A stretch of DNA of 64,000 nt from Candidatus Enterousia sp. (GTDB lineage Bacteria; Pseudomonadota; Alphaproteobacteria; Rs-D84), in assembly GCA_045592905.1 (NCBI GenBank), contig JAZNVR010000024.1, forward strand, positions 1,528 to 65,527, given 5' to 3'. Below are positions 8,433 to 17,169 of this stretch, in pieces. How positions within the stretch are numbered: the first letter of the stretch is position 1; each line of letters starts with the position of its first letter. The notes beneath the pieces were generated by a model. It was not told where the DNA came from and ran no database searches. It saw only the letters and a program-made list of their open reading frames with translations. Both the position numbers and the translations under genes were made by a program.

Positions 8433-11400
8433 CTAATCAATTTTCTTTGGTGTCATCGCCAGTCCCAGACCGCGTAATTCGCGAACCAGTACATTAAATG
8501 CTTCTGGCGTACCTGTCTTGATATCGTTACTGCCAGAAACGATGGATTCATACATCTTGTTTCGGCCAACAATATCGTCAGACTTTACTGTTAACATTTC
8601 ACGCAGCAAGTGTGCGGCACCGTGTGCTTCCAATGCCCAAACTTCCATTTCACCCAAACGCTGACCACCCATATGGGCTTTACCAGACAATGGCTGTTGT
8701 GTAACTAATGAATAGTTACCAATTGAACGGGCGTGAATCTTTTCATCAACAAAGTGATGCAATTTCAACATGTACATAACACCAACTGTTACAGGACGTG
8801 CAAACTTTTCACCTGTCATACCGTCATATAAATCAAACTGACCAGTTTCTGGCAAACCAGCCAACTTTAACATATCACGTATATCTTCGGATGTTGCACC
8901 GTCAAATGTTGGTGTTGCCATTGGCACACCATCACGCAACAATGCAGCCTGGGCACGAACATCAGTATCTGTCATTTTTTCCAGTTTTTCTGATATTTTA
9001 TCGCCATAAACCTTGCCCATAATGTTACGTAAGTCATCTGTAACAGCACGTTTAGCTTTTACTTCGTCCAGAACAGCACCAATTTGTGCACCTAATGTGC
9101 GAGCAGCCATACCAAGGTGTGTTTCCAAAATCTGTCCAATGTTCATACGTGATGGTACACCCAATGGATTCAAAACAATGTCAACTGGTGTACCGTCTGC
9201 CAAGTGTGGCATATCTTCAACTGGTACAACCTTGGATACGATACCCTTGTTTCCATGACGACCAGCCATTTTATCACCAGGCTGCAATTTCATCTTGTGT
9301 GCAATGTATACTTTTACTTCTTTTAATACACCTGCATTCAAAGAATTGCTTTCTGTTGCCTTGGATATTTCAGCATCTGCCTTTTCATTCAACAGTTTCA
9401 ATTTCAAAACATGTTGTTCACGCAGTTCGTCAATTTTGGCCTGTGCTTCTTTGTTTTTAACAACCAACTTTTTAACGTCTGTTGGTTTGATACCTTCAAA
9501 TACTTCACCACTTAATTTTTTACCAACAAATGGTTTTACGGTGCCTGTACCGGCCTCAATAACCAGATTTTCTGCAATTTGAAATACTTGATCAGCAAAA
9601 CCCTTTTCAATAATAGCGATTTCTTCTTCGCGGTCTTTGTTAATCTTTTCAATTTTTTGCAATTCAATCATCTGGGTACGTTCGTCTTTCTTAACACCAT
9701 GACGGGTCAAGACATTAACACCGATAACTGTACCTTCTTCGTTTGGACCAACACGTAATGATGTATCTTTTACATTTAACGCCTTTTCACCAAAGATATT
9801 ACGCAACAACGCTTCTTCTGGTGTCAGCAATGTTTCTGATTTTGGTGTAACACGTCCAACCAAGATATCGCCTTGTTTTACACGTGCACCAACATAAATG
9901 ATACCGGATTCGTCCAAATTCTTTAATGCTTCTTCACCAACATTTGGTATATCACGTGTTAAACTTTCTGGTCCCAATTGTGTATCACGAACCTTGAATT
10001 CCTTTTCAACGATTTTTACAGATGTAAATACATCGTCCCTGGAAATCTTTTCAGAAATAACAATAGAGTCTTCATAGTTATATCCACGCCATGGCATAAA
10101 CGCAACCAATACATTGCGACCCAATGCCAAATCACCATAGTTCATAGAAGAACCGTCTGCAATGATGTCGCCTGCAGATATACGGTCGCCAACCTTGACT
10201 AATGGTTTTTGGTGAATCAATGTTTCACTGTTGGAACGTTCAAATTTTTCCAAATTGTAAATATCAACACCCGTTACAACGTTACGGCTGTTCATACATT
10301 TTACAACAATACGATTTGCATCAACAGATTCAACGATACCGCTATGTTTTGCAACCTTACCTGTACGGGAATCACGTGCAACTTCACGTTCAATACCAGT
10401 TCCAACCAATGGTGCCTGAACACGCAATAATGGAACACCCTGACGTTGCATGTTTGATCCCATCAAAGCACGGTTTGCGTCATCGTTTTCAACGAATGGT
10501 ATCAAACCTGTTGCAATAGATACTACCTGACGTGGTTCAACGTCAATAAGATCAATTTCTTCCTTGGCAACCATGGTAAATTCACCGTCAACACGTGCAG
10601 TTACTGTATCTTCGGCCAAAACACCATCTTTGGTTGTTGGGGTATTACCCTGTGCAATCTTGTGTCCCAGTTCTTCGTCTGCTGTCAAATATACCATCTT
10701 GTCTGTAACACGACCATTTTCAACAACATAATATGGTGTTTCAATAAATCCATATGGATTTACACGTGCATATGTTGCCAAATGGTTAATCAGACCAATA
10801 TTTGCACCTTCTGGTGTATGAATTGGGCATAAACGACCATAATGTGTTGGATGAACGTCACGAACATCAATACCCGCACGTTCACGATTTAAGCCCCCTG
10901 GCCCCAATGCAGAAATCAAACGCTTGTGTTCCAATTCTGCCAATGGGTTATACGCATCCATAAATTGAGACAATTGTGATGTTCCCAAGAATTCAGATAC
11001 CAATGACATTAATGGTTTTACATTGATAACATCTTGTGGTTGCATGTTTGCAATGTTTGGAGATGACAAACTTTCACGAACCAGACGTTCAATACGAACC
11101 ATACCTGTACGGAAATTTTGTTCCAATAATTCGCCAACAGTGCGAACACGACGATTTGACAAGTTATCAATATCATCAACTGTATCTTTGCGATCAATAA
11201 TGTTTGTTAATGTTTTCAATACAGCCAAGAAATCGCCCTTGGTCAACAAACGTTCGTCTTCTGGTTTTTTACCAGAATCAATTTTCAAACGTTTATTCAT
11301 TTTGAAACGACCAACCGCAGACAAATCATAATATGCAGGTTCAAAACCTTGACGCATAAACAAGTTAATTGCCGCTTCCAATGTTGGACGTTCGCCTGGA

Positions 11401-12566
11401 CGGATAATATTATAAATTTCAATTAATGCTTCTTCACGATTTGTTGTTTTGTCTGCCAACAAGGTATTACGCATATGTGCAGTAATTGTATTGTTGTCAA
11501 TAGAAATCAAACTGATTTCCTTGATATTCATTTTATCCAAATCGTTTAATACTTCTTCGGTAATTTCTGTACCAGCAGGCATAACAACTTCATCACCAGA
11601 CATAATTGGATCAAATAAATATTCACCGATTAAAGATTCTGGCATAATTCCGAAATTCTTGGTTTCCAACAATTTCTTCATGCGTTTGCCATTCAGACGA
11701 TCACCCTTAGACGCAATAACTTTTTTATCTTTTGGATTAATCAAATCATAATTCAAACGATATTTGTCTAAACCTTCAAAACTTGCAGTTTCGCCAGTCC
11801 ACAATTTGCCATCAAAAGACAATGGAATGCGTTTATAGAATGTACCCAAAATTTCTGTATCAGACATACCACGAATTGTTGTCTTGCGTGGTTCTGCAAT
11901 CCATTTCTTTTCATCTTCGGCTGCTGGCAAGCAACGCAACAATACAGTTGCAGGCACCTTGCGACGACGGTCAATACGAACATAAATTACGCCCTTGGAT
12001 TCTTCAAAATCAATCCATGAACCATGTTCTGGGATAATACGTGCAGTATATGTAATTGGATTTCCAGCGACTTTTGCTTCTTTGGTTGTTGCAAACACGA
12101 CGCCCTGGGCACGATGCATCTGTGAAACGATAACACGTTCAACACCTGATGCGATAAAGCTGCCACGTTCTGTCATCAGCGGCACTTCGCCCATAAATAT
12201 TTCTTGTTCTTTGATATCGCGTAAAGTCTTTTTACCATCTTCTGCGATGTCCCATAAAATCAATCTCAGCTTCAATCTTAACTTGCTGGAATATGTCATA
12301 TTACGCAACATGCATTCTTTTACATTGTAAACAGGTTTGTCCAATGTATATTCCACGAATTCCAGGTCGGCAACGCCGGCATAGTCTTTGATTGGGAACA
12401 TAGAAGAGAATACATTTTGCAATCCCATATTTTTGCGGGATTGTGGTTCAACATCTGCCTGCAAGAAATCTTTGTAGGAATTATATTGAATTTCAACTAA
12501 ATCAGGAAGCGGAGTTTGCAAAAAACTTTTACCAAAAGATTTTCTAAATTTCTGGATAACTGCCAT
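8433..12566 (-). CDS. rpoB: DNA-directed RNA polymerase subunit beta
   Basis: 1377-aa full-length beta-subunit translation; canonical position between rplL and rpoC; ATG at 12564-12566. Confidence 0.98.
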   Translation of the reverse strand: MAVIQKFRKSFGKSFLQTPLPDLVEIQYNSYKDFLQADVEPQSRKNMGLQNVFSSMFPIKDYAGVADLEFVEYTLDKPVYNVKECMLRNMTYSSKLRLKLRLILWDIAEDGKKTLRDIKEQEIFMGEVPLMTERGSFIASGVERVIVSQMHRAQGVVFATTKEAKVAGNPITYTARIIPEHGSWIDFEESKGVIYVRIDRRRKVPATVLLRCLPAAEDEKKWIAEPRKTTIRGMSDTEILGTFYKRIPLSFDGKLWTGETASFEGLDKYRLNYDLINPKDKKVIASKGDRLNGKRMKKLLETKNFGIMPESLIGEYLFDPIMSGDEVVMPAGTEITEEVLNDLDKMNIKEISLISIDNNTITAHMRNTLLADKTTNREEALIEIYNIIRPGERPTLEAAINLFMRQGFEPAYYDLSAVGRFKMNKRLKIDSGKKPEDERLLTKGDFLAVLKTLTNIIDRKDTVDDIDNLSNRRVRTVGELLEQNFRTGMVRIERLVRESLSSPNIANMQPQDVINVKPLMSLVSEFLGTSQLSQFMDAYNPLAELEHKRLISALGPGGLNRERAGIDVRDVHPTHYGRLCPIHTPEGANIGLINHLATYARVNPYGFIETPYYVVENGRVTDKMVYLTADEELGHKIAQGNTPTTKDGVLAEDTVTARVDGEFTMVAKEEIDLIDVEPRQVVSIATGLIPFVENDDANRALMGSNMQRQGVPLLRVQAPLVGTGIEREVARDSRTGKVAKHSGIVESVDANRIVVKCMNSRNVVTGVDIYNLEKFERSNSETLIHQKPLVKVGDRISAGDIIADGSSMNYGDLALGRNVLVAFMPWRGYNYEDSIVISEKISRDDVFTSVKIVEKEFKVRDTQLGPESLTRDIPNVGEEALKNLDESGIIYVGARVKQGDILVGRVTPKSETLLTPEEALLRNIFGEKALNVKDTSLRVGPNEEGTVIGVNVLTRHGVKKDERTQMIELQKIEKINKDREEEIAIIEKGFADQVFQIAENLVIEAGTGTVKPFVGKKLSGEVFEGIKPTDVKKLVVKNKEAQAKIDELREQHVLKLKLLNEKADAEISKATESNSLNAGVLKEVKVYIAHKMKLQPGDKMAGRHGNKGIVSKVVPVEDMPHLADGTPVDIVLNPLGVPSRMNIGQILETHLGMAARTLGAQIGAVLDEVKAKRAVTDDLRNIMGKVYGDKISEKLEKMTDTDVRAQAALLRDGVPMATPTFDGATSEDIRDMLKLAGLPETGQFDLYDGMTGEKFARPVTVGVMYMLKLHHFVDEKIHARSIGNYSLVTQQPLSGKAHMGGQRLGEMEVWALEAHGAAHLLREMLTVKSDDIVGRNKMYESIVSGSNDIKTGTPEAFNVLVRELRGLGLAMTPKKID

Positions 12567-12722
12567 CTGTTTTAATCCTTTTTTTGTGTGTTTTGTGCAA
12601 ACGGTTGCGACATGTTATGTCACGACTTTTTGTGTTTGTGCTTTTTACGCCTTTGTGCCCGCATAGGATTTTCATCCCAGGCGGGCGGCGTTTTGTTGCA
12701 TTTTTCATACAACTTATTTTTT

Positions 12723-12740
12723 CAGAACCATGCGGTTCTG
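12723..12740 (-). other. Hairpin just downstream of rplL (A-tract follows in sense RNA)
   Basis: CAGAACC-ATGC-GGTTCTG. The + strand has a T-run before it, so the sense (minus) RNA reads hairpin then AAAAAAUAA. Confidence 0.65.
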
Positions 12741-12753
12741 GGGGTGCGATGAA

Positions 12754-13119
12754 TTATTTCAATTCAACTTTTGCACCAGCTGCTTCTAATGTAGCCTTCA
12801 TTTTTTCGGCTTCATCTTTTGCAACTGCTTCTTTCACTGCTTTTGGTGCTGATTCAACCAAAGCTTTTGCTTCGCCCAGCCCCAAACCAGTGATATCTTT
12901 TACAGCCTTGATAACAGCCAATTTGTTTGCACCAGCTTCTGCCAATACAACATCAAATTCTGTTTTTTCTTCTGCTGCAGCAGCAACTGGACCAGCAGCA
13001 ACTGCAACAGCAGCAGCAGCACTTACGCCCCATGTTTCTTCTAATGCTTTGGACAGTTCAACTGCTTCCAAAACAGTCAATTTTGACAATTCTTCAACTA
13101 ATTTTTGAATGTCTGCCAT
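12754..13119 (-). CDS. rplL: 50S ribosomal protein L7/L12
   Basis: 121 aa with an Ala-rich hinge ([19 protein letters not shown]) and a conserved C-terminal domain; canonical position. Confidence 0.95.
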   Translation of the reverse strand: MADIQKLVEELSKLTVLEAVELSKALEETWGVSAAAAVAVAAGPVAAAAEEKTEFDVVLAEAGANKLAVIKAVKDITGLGLGEAKALVESAPKAVKEAVAKDEAEKMKATLEAAGAKVELK

Positions 13120-13167
13120 TTTATTTACTCCTATTATTAGGTAGGTCAGAATATCGCTATTCTGATT

Positions 13168-13647
13168 TTATTGTTCTTTTTTTCCATACTCTGCTGAAAC
13201 ACGTGCAATGCGTGATCCTGGTTCAACCAAGATACGTGCAATAGTAGAACGGATTTCCAACAGGGAAGGAAGCTTGGATAATTGCAATACGCCGTTCGCA
13301 TCCAGAACGTCTGCATCCATTTTACCGCCCAAAATTGTCAAATTTGGATGTTCTTCTGCAAATTTGGCCAAAACTTTGGTAACAGCCAAACCATCAGTTG
13401 CAACAGCAACCGCAGTTGGACGTTTCATCATTTCAGATACAGGTTCAAAGTCAGTGTCTTTTGACGCCAACTTCATCAAACGGTTTTTGACTACTTTGAA
13501 TACAGAAACCAATGGACGTAATTCATTACGCAGTGTTTCAAATTCTTTTACAGTCAAACCATGGTTTTCAATAACGAAAACACCGTTTGCTTCTTTCAGG
13601 GACGACTGCAACGCTGAAATCAAATCTGATTTTTCTTCGCGTTTCAT
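13168..13647 (-). CDS. rplJ: 50S ribosomal protein L10
   Basis: 159-aa L10-like translation directly upstream of rplL. Confidence 0.93.
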   Translation of the reverse strand: MKREEKSDLISALQSSLKEANGVFVIENHGLTVKEFETLRNELRPLVSVFKVVKNRLMKLASKDTDFEPVSEMMKRPTAVAVATDGLAVTKVLAKFAEEHPNLTILGGKMDADVLDANGVLQLSKLPSLLEIRSTIARILVEPGSRIARVSAEYGKKEQ

Positions 13648-13799
13648 CTATTTTTCCTTCAAGCTTCTGTTTTGTTTAACTTTCCATCCAAGGTTGCCCT
13701 TGGGTGGGGCTTTGTTTCCTGCCCCAAAGAATTTTTCTTTGTCTATGATGGAAATTAAGCGTTGCCGCACCATCAGTCTTGGACAGAAATCTTGTCTTT

Positions 13800-13824
13800 G
13801 CGATTGGGGACATGCCCCAGTCGC
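13800..13824 (-). other. Hairpin downstream of rplA in the rplJ leader region
   Basis: GCGATTGGGG-ACATG-CCCCAGTCGC (10 bp, one G-U pair) 6 nt after the rplA stop. The sense RNA continues AAAGACAAG. It lies in the 183-nt rplA-rplJ spacer where L10-leader autoregulatory structures usually sit. Confidence 0.6.
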
Positions 13825-13830
13825 AATTAA

Positions 13831-14505
13831 TTATTTTGCATCTACTTTCAGACCTGGGCCCTGGGTTGTCGCAACAGATATACCCAAGATATATTGACCC
13901 TTGGTGGATGCAGGTTTGATTTTCTTTAATTGATCAATCAACGCATTTGCATTTTCAACCAATTTCGCTGTTTCAAAAGACATTTTACCAATACCAGCGT
14001 GGATAATACCTTTCTTTTCCGCACGATATTCAATCTGACCAGCCTTGGCAGTTGCAACAGCTTCGGCAACATTGTTTGTAACAGTACCCAATTTTGGATT
14101 CGGCATCAAACCCTTTGGTCCCAAAACACGTGCAATTTTTGACATTTTTGGCATCATGTCAGGTGTTGCGATTACACGATCAAAATTAATATTGCCCGCT
14201 GCAACTGAATCAATCAGTTCTTCGCCACCAACAACATCTGCACCGGCTTTCTTTGCTTCATCTGTTGCATTTGCAGTAAATACAGCAACACGTACAGATT
14301 TACCAGTACCATTTGGCAATGATAACATACCACGAATGTTTTGATCAGCCTTGGTTACATCAATACCCAAACGGATTGCGATTTCCAATGTTTCATCAAA
14401 TTTCTTGGATGCATATTCACGCAAAACTTCAATCGCATCAGCCAAAGCATACACTTTGTCTGTGTCCAAGTTTTTCCAAGTTTGTTGTTTCTTTGTTAAT
14501 TTCAT
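13831..14505 (-). CDS. rplA: 50S ribosomal protein L1
   Basis: 224-aa L1-like translation; follows rplK with a 4-nt gap. Confidence 0.95.
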   Translation of the reverse strand: MKLTKKQQTWKNLDTDKVYALADAIEVLREYASKKFDETLEIAIRLGIDVTKADQNIRGMLSLPNGTGKSVRVAVFTANATDEAKKAGADVVGGEELIDSVAAGNINFDRVIATPDMMPKMSKIARVLGPKGLMPNPKLGTVTNNVAEAVATAKAGQIEYRAEKKGIIHAGIGKMSFETAKLVENANALIDQLKKIKPASTKGQYILGISVATTQGPGLKVDAK

Positions 14506-14509
14506 GATA

Positions 14510-14941
14510 TTATTCCCCCACCTTTACGCCCATTGAACGGCATTGACCTGCAACGATATTCATGGCAGATTCAATGGTAGAGCAATTTAAGTCTGGCATT
14601 TTTGCTTCAGCAATTTCTTTGATTTGTGCCTTGGTCAATGTACCAATAAAATCACGACCTGGTTTATGTGAACCAATTTTTGCCTTTAATGCCTTTTTAA
14701 TATAATATGATACAGGTGGCAATTTCATAATGAATTCAAAACTGCGATCTGTATAAACAGTGATAATACATGGAATTGGCATTCCAGGTTCTTTATCAGA
14801 TGTTTTATCATTAAACTGTTTGCAGAATTCTGCGATATTTACACCAGCAGCACCCAACGCAGGACCAATTGGTGGTGCAGGATTTGCCTGTTTTGCAGGG
14901 ACGACTAATTTAACCAATCCCTTTACTTCTTTTTTTGCCAT
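14510..14941 (-). CDS. rplK: 50S ribosomal protein L11
   Basis: 143 aa with the PPIGPALG motif; canonical position after nusG. Confidence 0.95.
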   Translation of the reverse strand: MAKKEVKGLVKLVVPAKQANPAPPIGPALGAAGVNIAEFCKQFNDKTSDKEPGMPIPCIITVYTDRSFEFIMKLPPVSYYIKKALKAKIGSHKPGRDFIGTLTKAQIKEIAEAKMPDLNCSTIESAMNIVAGQCRSMGVKVGE

Positions 14942-15201
14942 TTTTCACTCCGTTTTTTTTCGTTTGTGTCGTGGTACGATATGGCGTATCTACCACGTGT
15001 TGCTGTGATTTTACTGCATTTTTTTCAGAAAACCACAAAAAACTTTATCTTTGTCTTACCTGTTGTTCTATAACCCGTTCAATTACTGGCCTAAGCCGCC
15101 AAAGACGACGATAGTGCCCGACCATTCTGCGAACATATTTTTCAGAACAGCAGACCGTTATTTTTCCGGTGGCGTCACGTTTTAACGACAACCCATCCAT
15201 C

Positions 15202-15735
15202 TTATACCCGTTCAACCTGACTAAATTCCAGTTCCATACTGGTTTCACGACCAAACACCAGAACTGTTACAGTCATTTTCTGTTTTACATTATCAACATC
15301 GGACGCAACACCGTTAAAGCCCGCAAACGGCCCATCAATAACATGAACTTCTTGTCCAACCTCGTACATTACATCATCTGTAACAACAGAACCTTCTTCA
15401 ACTTGTTTCAACAAGCGACGTGCTTCTTCTTCGCTGACTGCGATTGGTTTTTGTCTGGCACCCAAGAACATTACAACCTGTGGTACCTGTTTTACCAAGG
15501 TAAACGTTTCATTATTCATAACCATCTGAACAACAATATAGCCCGGGAAAAACTTTTTTTCTGTCTTTACACGTTTACCAGCTTTGATTTCTGTAACTTC
15601 ACGTGTTGGAACCAAAATTTCACCAAACAACGCATTCAAGCGACGTTTATCAATCTGTTCACGTAAACCACGTGCAACCTTGTCTTCACAACCCGTATGA
15701 ACATTTACGACAAACCACTGCATTTTTTCTTCCAT
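15202..15735 (-). CDS. nusG: Transcription termination/antitermination factor NusG
   Basis: WFVVNVHTGCEDKV NGN-type N-terminus and a KOW-like C-terminus; AAGGAAG RBS; follows secE. Confidence 0.95.
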   Translation of the reverse strand: MEEKMQWFVVNVHTGCEDKVARGLREQIDKRRLNALFGEILVPTREVTEIKAGKRVKTEKKFFPGYIVVQMVMNNETFTLVKQVPQVVMFLGARQKPIAVSEEEARRLLKQVEEGSVVTDDVMYEVGQEVHVIDGPFAGFNGVASDVDNVKQKMTVTVLVFGRETSMELEFSQVERV

Positions 15736-15756
15736 AATACACTTCCTTTGCCTGTT

Positions 15757-15936
15757 TTAGAAAATCCAACCAACAATTGCGTTCAGGATACTGTCAACAA
15801 CAAAAAAGAACAGTGTCGCCAAACCAGAAAACACTAAAATCTTTATCGTCGCACTAATAACATCATCACGCGACGGCCATACAATCTTGAACCATTCACT
15901 GCGAACAGACTTAAAAAAATCAAGTATTTTCTTCAT
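15757..15936 (-). CDS. secE: Preprotein translocase subunit SecE
   Basis: Not in the ORF track (59 aa). Reads MKKILDFFKSVRSEWFKIVWPSRDDVISATIKILVFSGLATLFFFVVDSILNAIVGWIF: a SecE-type KV.WP motif plus a single TM helix; canonical tRNA-Trp-secE-nusG order. Confidence 0.85.
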   Translation of the reverse strand: MKKILDFFKSVRSEWFKIVWPSRDDVISATIKILVFSGLATLFFFVVDSILNAIVGWIF

Positions 15937-15977
15937 AAAAACTGCCTAAATTATTTTTTTACCCATAACTATTATTC

Positions 15978-15996
15978 TGGCAGGGGCAGAAGGAAT
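15978..15996 (-). repeat. Exact 19-nt copy of the tRNA-Trp 3' end
   Basis: TGGCAGGGGCAGAAGGAAT occurs at 15978-15996 and again at 16157-16175 (the real tRNA 3' end). Identity breaks on both flanks. Confidence 0.9.
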
Positions 15997-16119
15997 GTTC
16001 GTATACACTCACCACTCGTACTGGTTTCGCTGCGTTTGCACTTACAAAACCAAACTCGTATGCGAACCCAACACCATTTATTTTGATTCGGGTTCAATTC
16101 CATCCGCCAGACACCACCG

Positions 16120-16158
16120 CATATTCCAGAATACAGACACACTGTATTCTGGAATATG
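16120..16158. other. Perfect 17-bp inverted repeat abutting the tRNA-Trp 3' end
   Basis: CATATTCCAGAATACAG-ACACA-CTGTATTCTGGAATATG. The last 2 nt overlap the encoded CCA end of tRNA-Trp. No U-tract on either strand. Confidence 0.85.
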
Positions 16159-16230
16159 GCAGGGGCAGAAGGAATCGAACCCTCATCCGCGGTTTTGGAG
16201 ACCGATATTCTACCGTTGAACTATGCCCCT
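16157..16230 (-). tRNA. tRNA-Trp (anticodon CCA), CCA end encoded
   Basis: Cloverleaf by hand: AGGGGCA TA GTTC AACGGTA GAAT A TCGGT CTCCAAA ACCGC GGAT GAGGG TTCGATT CCTTC TGCCCCT G CCA. The anticodon corresponds to + strand tgg at 16196-16198. Confidence 0.93.
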
Positions 16231-16406
16231 TTGAACATACTTATACCCGCCTGATGTACCGCATGCCAACACAATAGTCTGTGAAACAATAGCACACCAA
16301 TACAAAAAATCAAGCGGAAATATTATAATATTTTTCCAAATTTGTGGCAAGGACTATTTTTAACAACACTTTTTTTATTTACACAACTGTTTTTGCAAAT
16401 TTTTTC

Positions 16407-16436
16407 TTGCAAGACATGCGTGTTTTTGTCTACAAT
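16407..16436 (+). promoter_or_regulatory. Candidate sigma70-like promoter for the virB8-10 operon
   Basis: TTGCAA (16407-16412), 18-nt spacer, TACAAT (16431-16436), about 25 nt upstream of the GTG start. Motif match only. Confidence 0.35.
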
Positions 16437-16461
16437 CATCATAATCAAGGGGGAGAAATTC

Positions 16462-17148
16462 GTGCAAAACCGCATAGAACCGCCAATTTTGTTATCTAGA
16501 ATAATGACCTTTGTCCTGGCAACGGCCCTGGTTGTGCTGGGTGCGTTGGCAATTACTATTTATAATATGTTCCCTTTGAACCGACCACAAGTATTCTTTT
16601 TGATGTCTACCATTCGTGATAACCAAGATGTCAGACTGGTTGAAATGCAACCACAAAGTGAAAATACAGACAGATACAAACAAAACTTTGTTCGTGAATA
16701 CATCAGATACAGAAATGAAATTTTCGCAAATGCAAACGAAATGAATAAAAAATGGAACAGCGAAGATGGCATTGTCAGAATTATGTCAACAGATGACACA
16801 TATGCAAACTTTGCAAATTCAATCTTGTTTAACGAAGTAATGAGCAACAGTATTTCCAATATACCTGTACAATGTGCCGTATTTTTTGATGGGGCACCAA
16901 TGCATATGCCATCAGATTCACAGAATTTAGATACATATCAGTCAAAAATTAGATATTTATGTGCAGATAATACTGGACGTGAACTAAAAAAAGATTATAC
17001 AATAAGAATGAAAATACTAACACAGGACGGAACACAAATAAAATGGGCCGACCGAATTGAAAACCCACTTGGATTAAAAGTGGCAGAATATACGATAGTA
17101 TCTGGGGATGGGGATCCATTAAACACTGGATTCTTGGCAACAGAATAA
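16462..17148 (+). CDS. virB8: Type IV secretion VirB8-like protein
   Basis: Short N-terminus, one TM helix (MTFVLATALVVLGALAITIY), then a periplasmic domain with VirB8-type strings FVREYIRYRNEI and NPLGLKVAEY. Start set at the GTG 6 nt after a GGGGGAG RBS; ATG at 16504 is an alternative. Followed by virB9 and virB10. Confidence 0.8.
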   Translation: MQNRIEPPILLSRIMTFVLATALVVLGALAITIYNMFPLNRPQVFFLMSTIRDNQDVRLVEMQPQSENTDRYKQNFVREYIRYRNEIFANANEMNKKWNSEDGIVRIMSTDDTYANFANSILFNEVMSNSISNIPVQCAVFFDGAPMHMPSDSQNLDTYQSKIRYLCADNTGRELKKDYTIRMKILTQDGTQIKWADRIENPLGLKVAEYTIVSGDGDPLNTGFLATE

Positions 17149-17169
17149 AAAAGACAGGGAAGGATTGGT

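Noticed and set aside
12584-13108. 174-aa + strand ORF, Ala/Ser/Thr-rich
   Set aside because: It is antisense to rplL and its leader. The low-complexity translation mirrors the Ala-rich L7/L12 hinge.
13208-13897. 229-aa + strand ORF
   Set aside because: It is antisense to rplJ and the rplA 3' end. The ribosomal genes on the minus strand are unambiguous.
15045-15254. 69-aa minus-strand ORF in the nusG-rplK spacer
   Set aside because: It has only a TTG start, located inside nusG in another frame, and no RBS. The region is more plausibly the rplKA leader, which contains a CGTGGTA..TACCACG hairpin at about 14967-14997.
15997-16156. Possible two-piece (permuted) alphaproteobacterial tmRNA or another tRNA gene between the tRNA-Trp 3'-end repeats
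   Set aside because: The T-loop-like GGTTCAATTCC has no complementary T-stem, and the distance to the ACCA is off by one. There is no GGGG.../...UCCACCA acceptor with G3-U70. The only AN-initiated frame (ANAAKPVRVV..) does not end in a hydrophobic degradation tag. I treat it as degraded tRNA-derived sequence.
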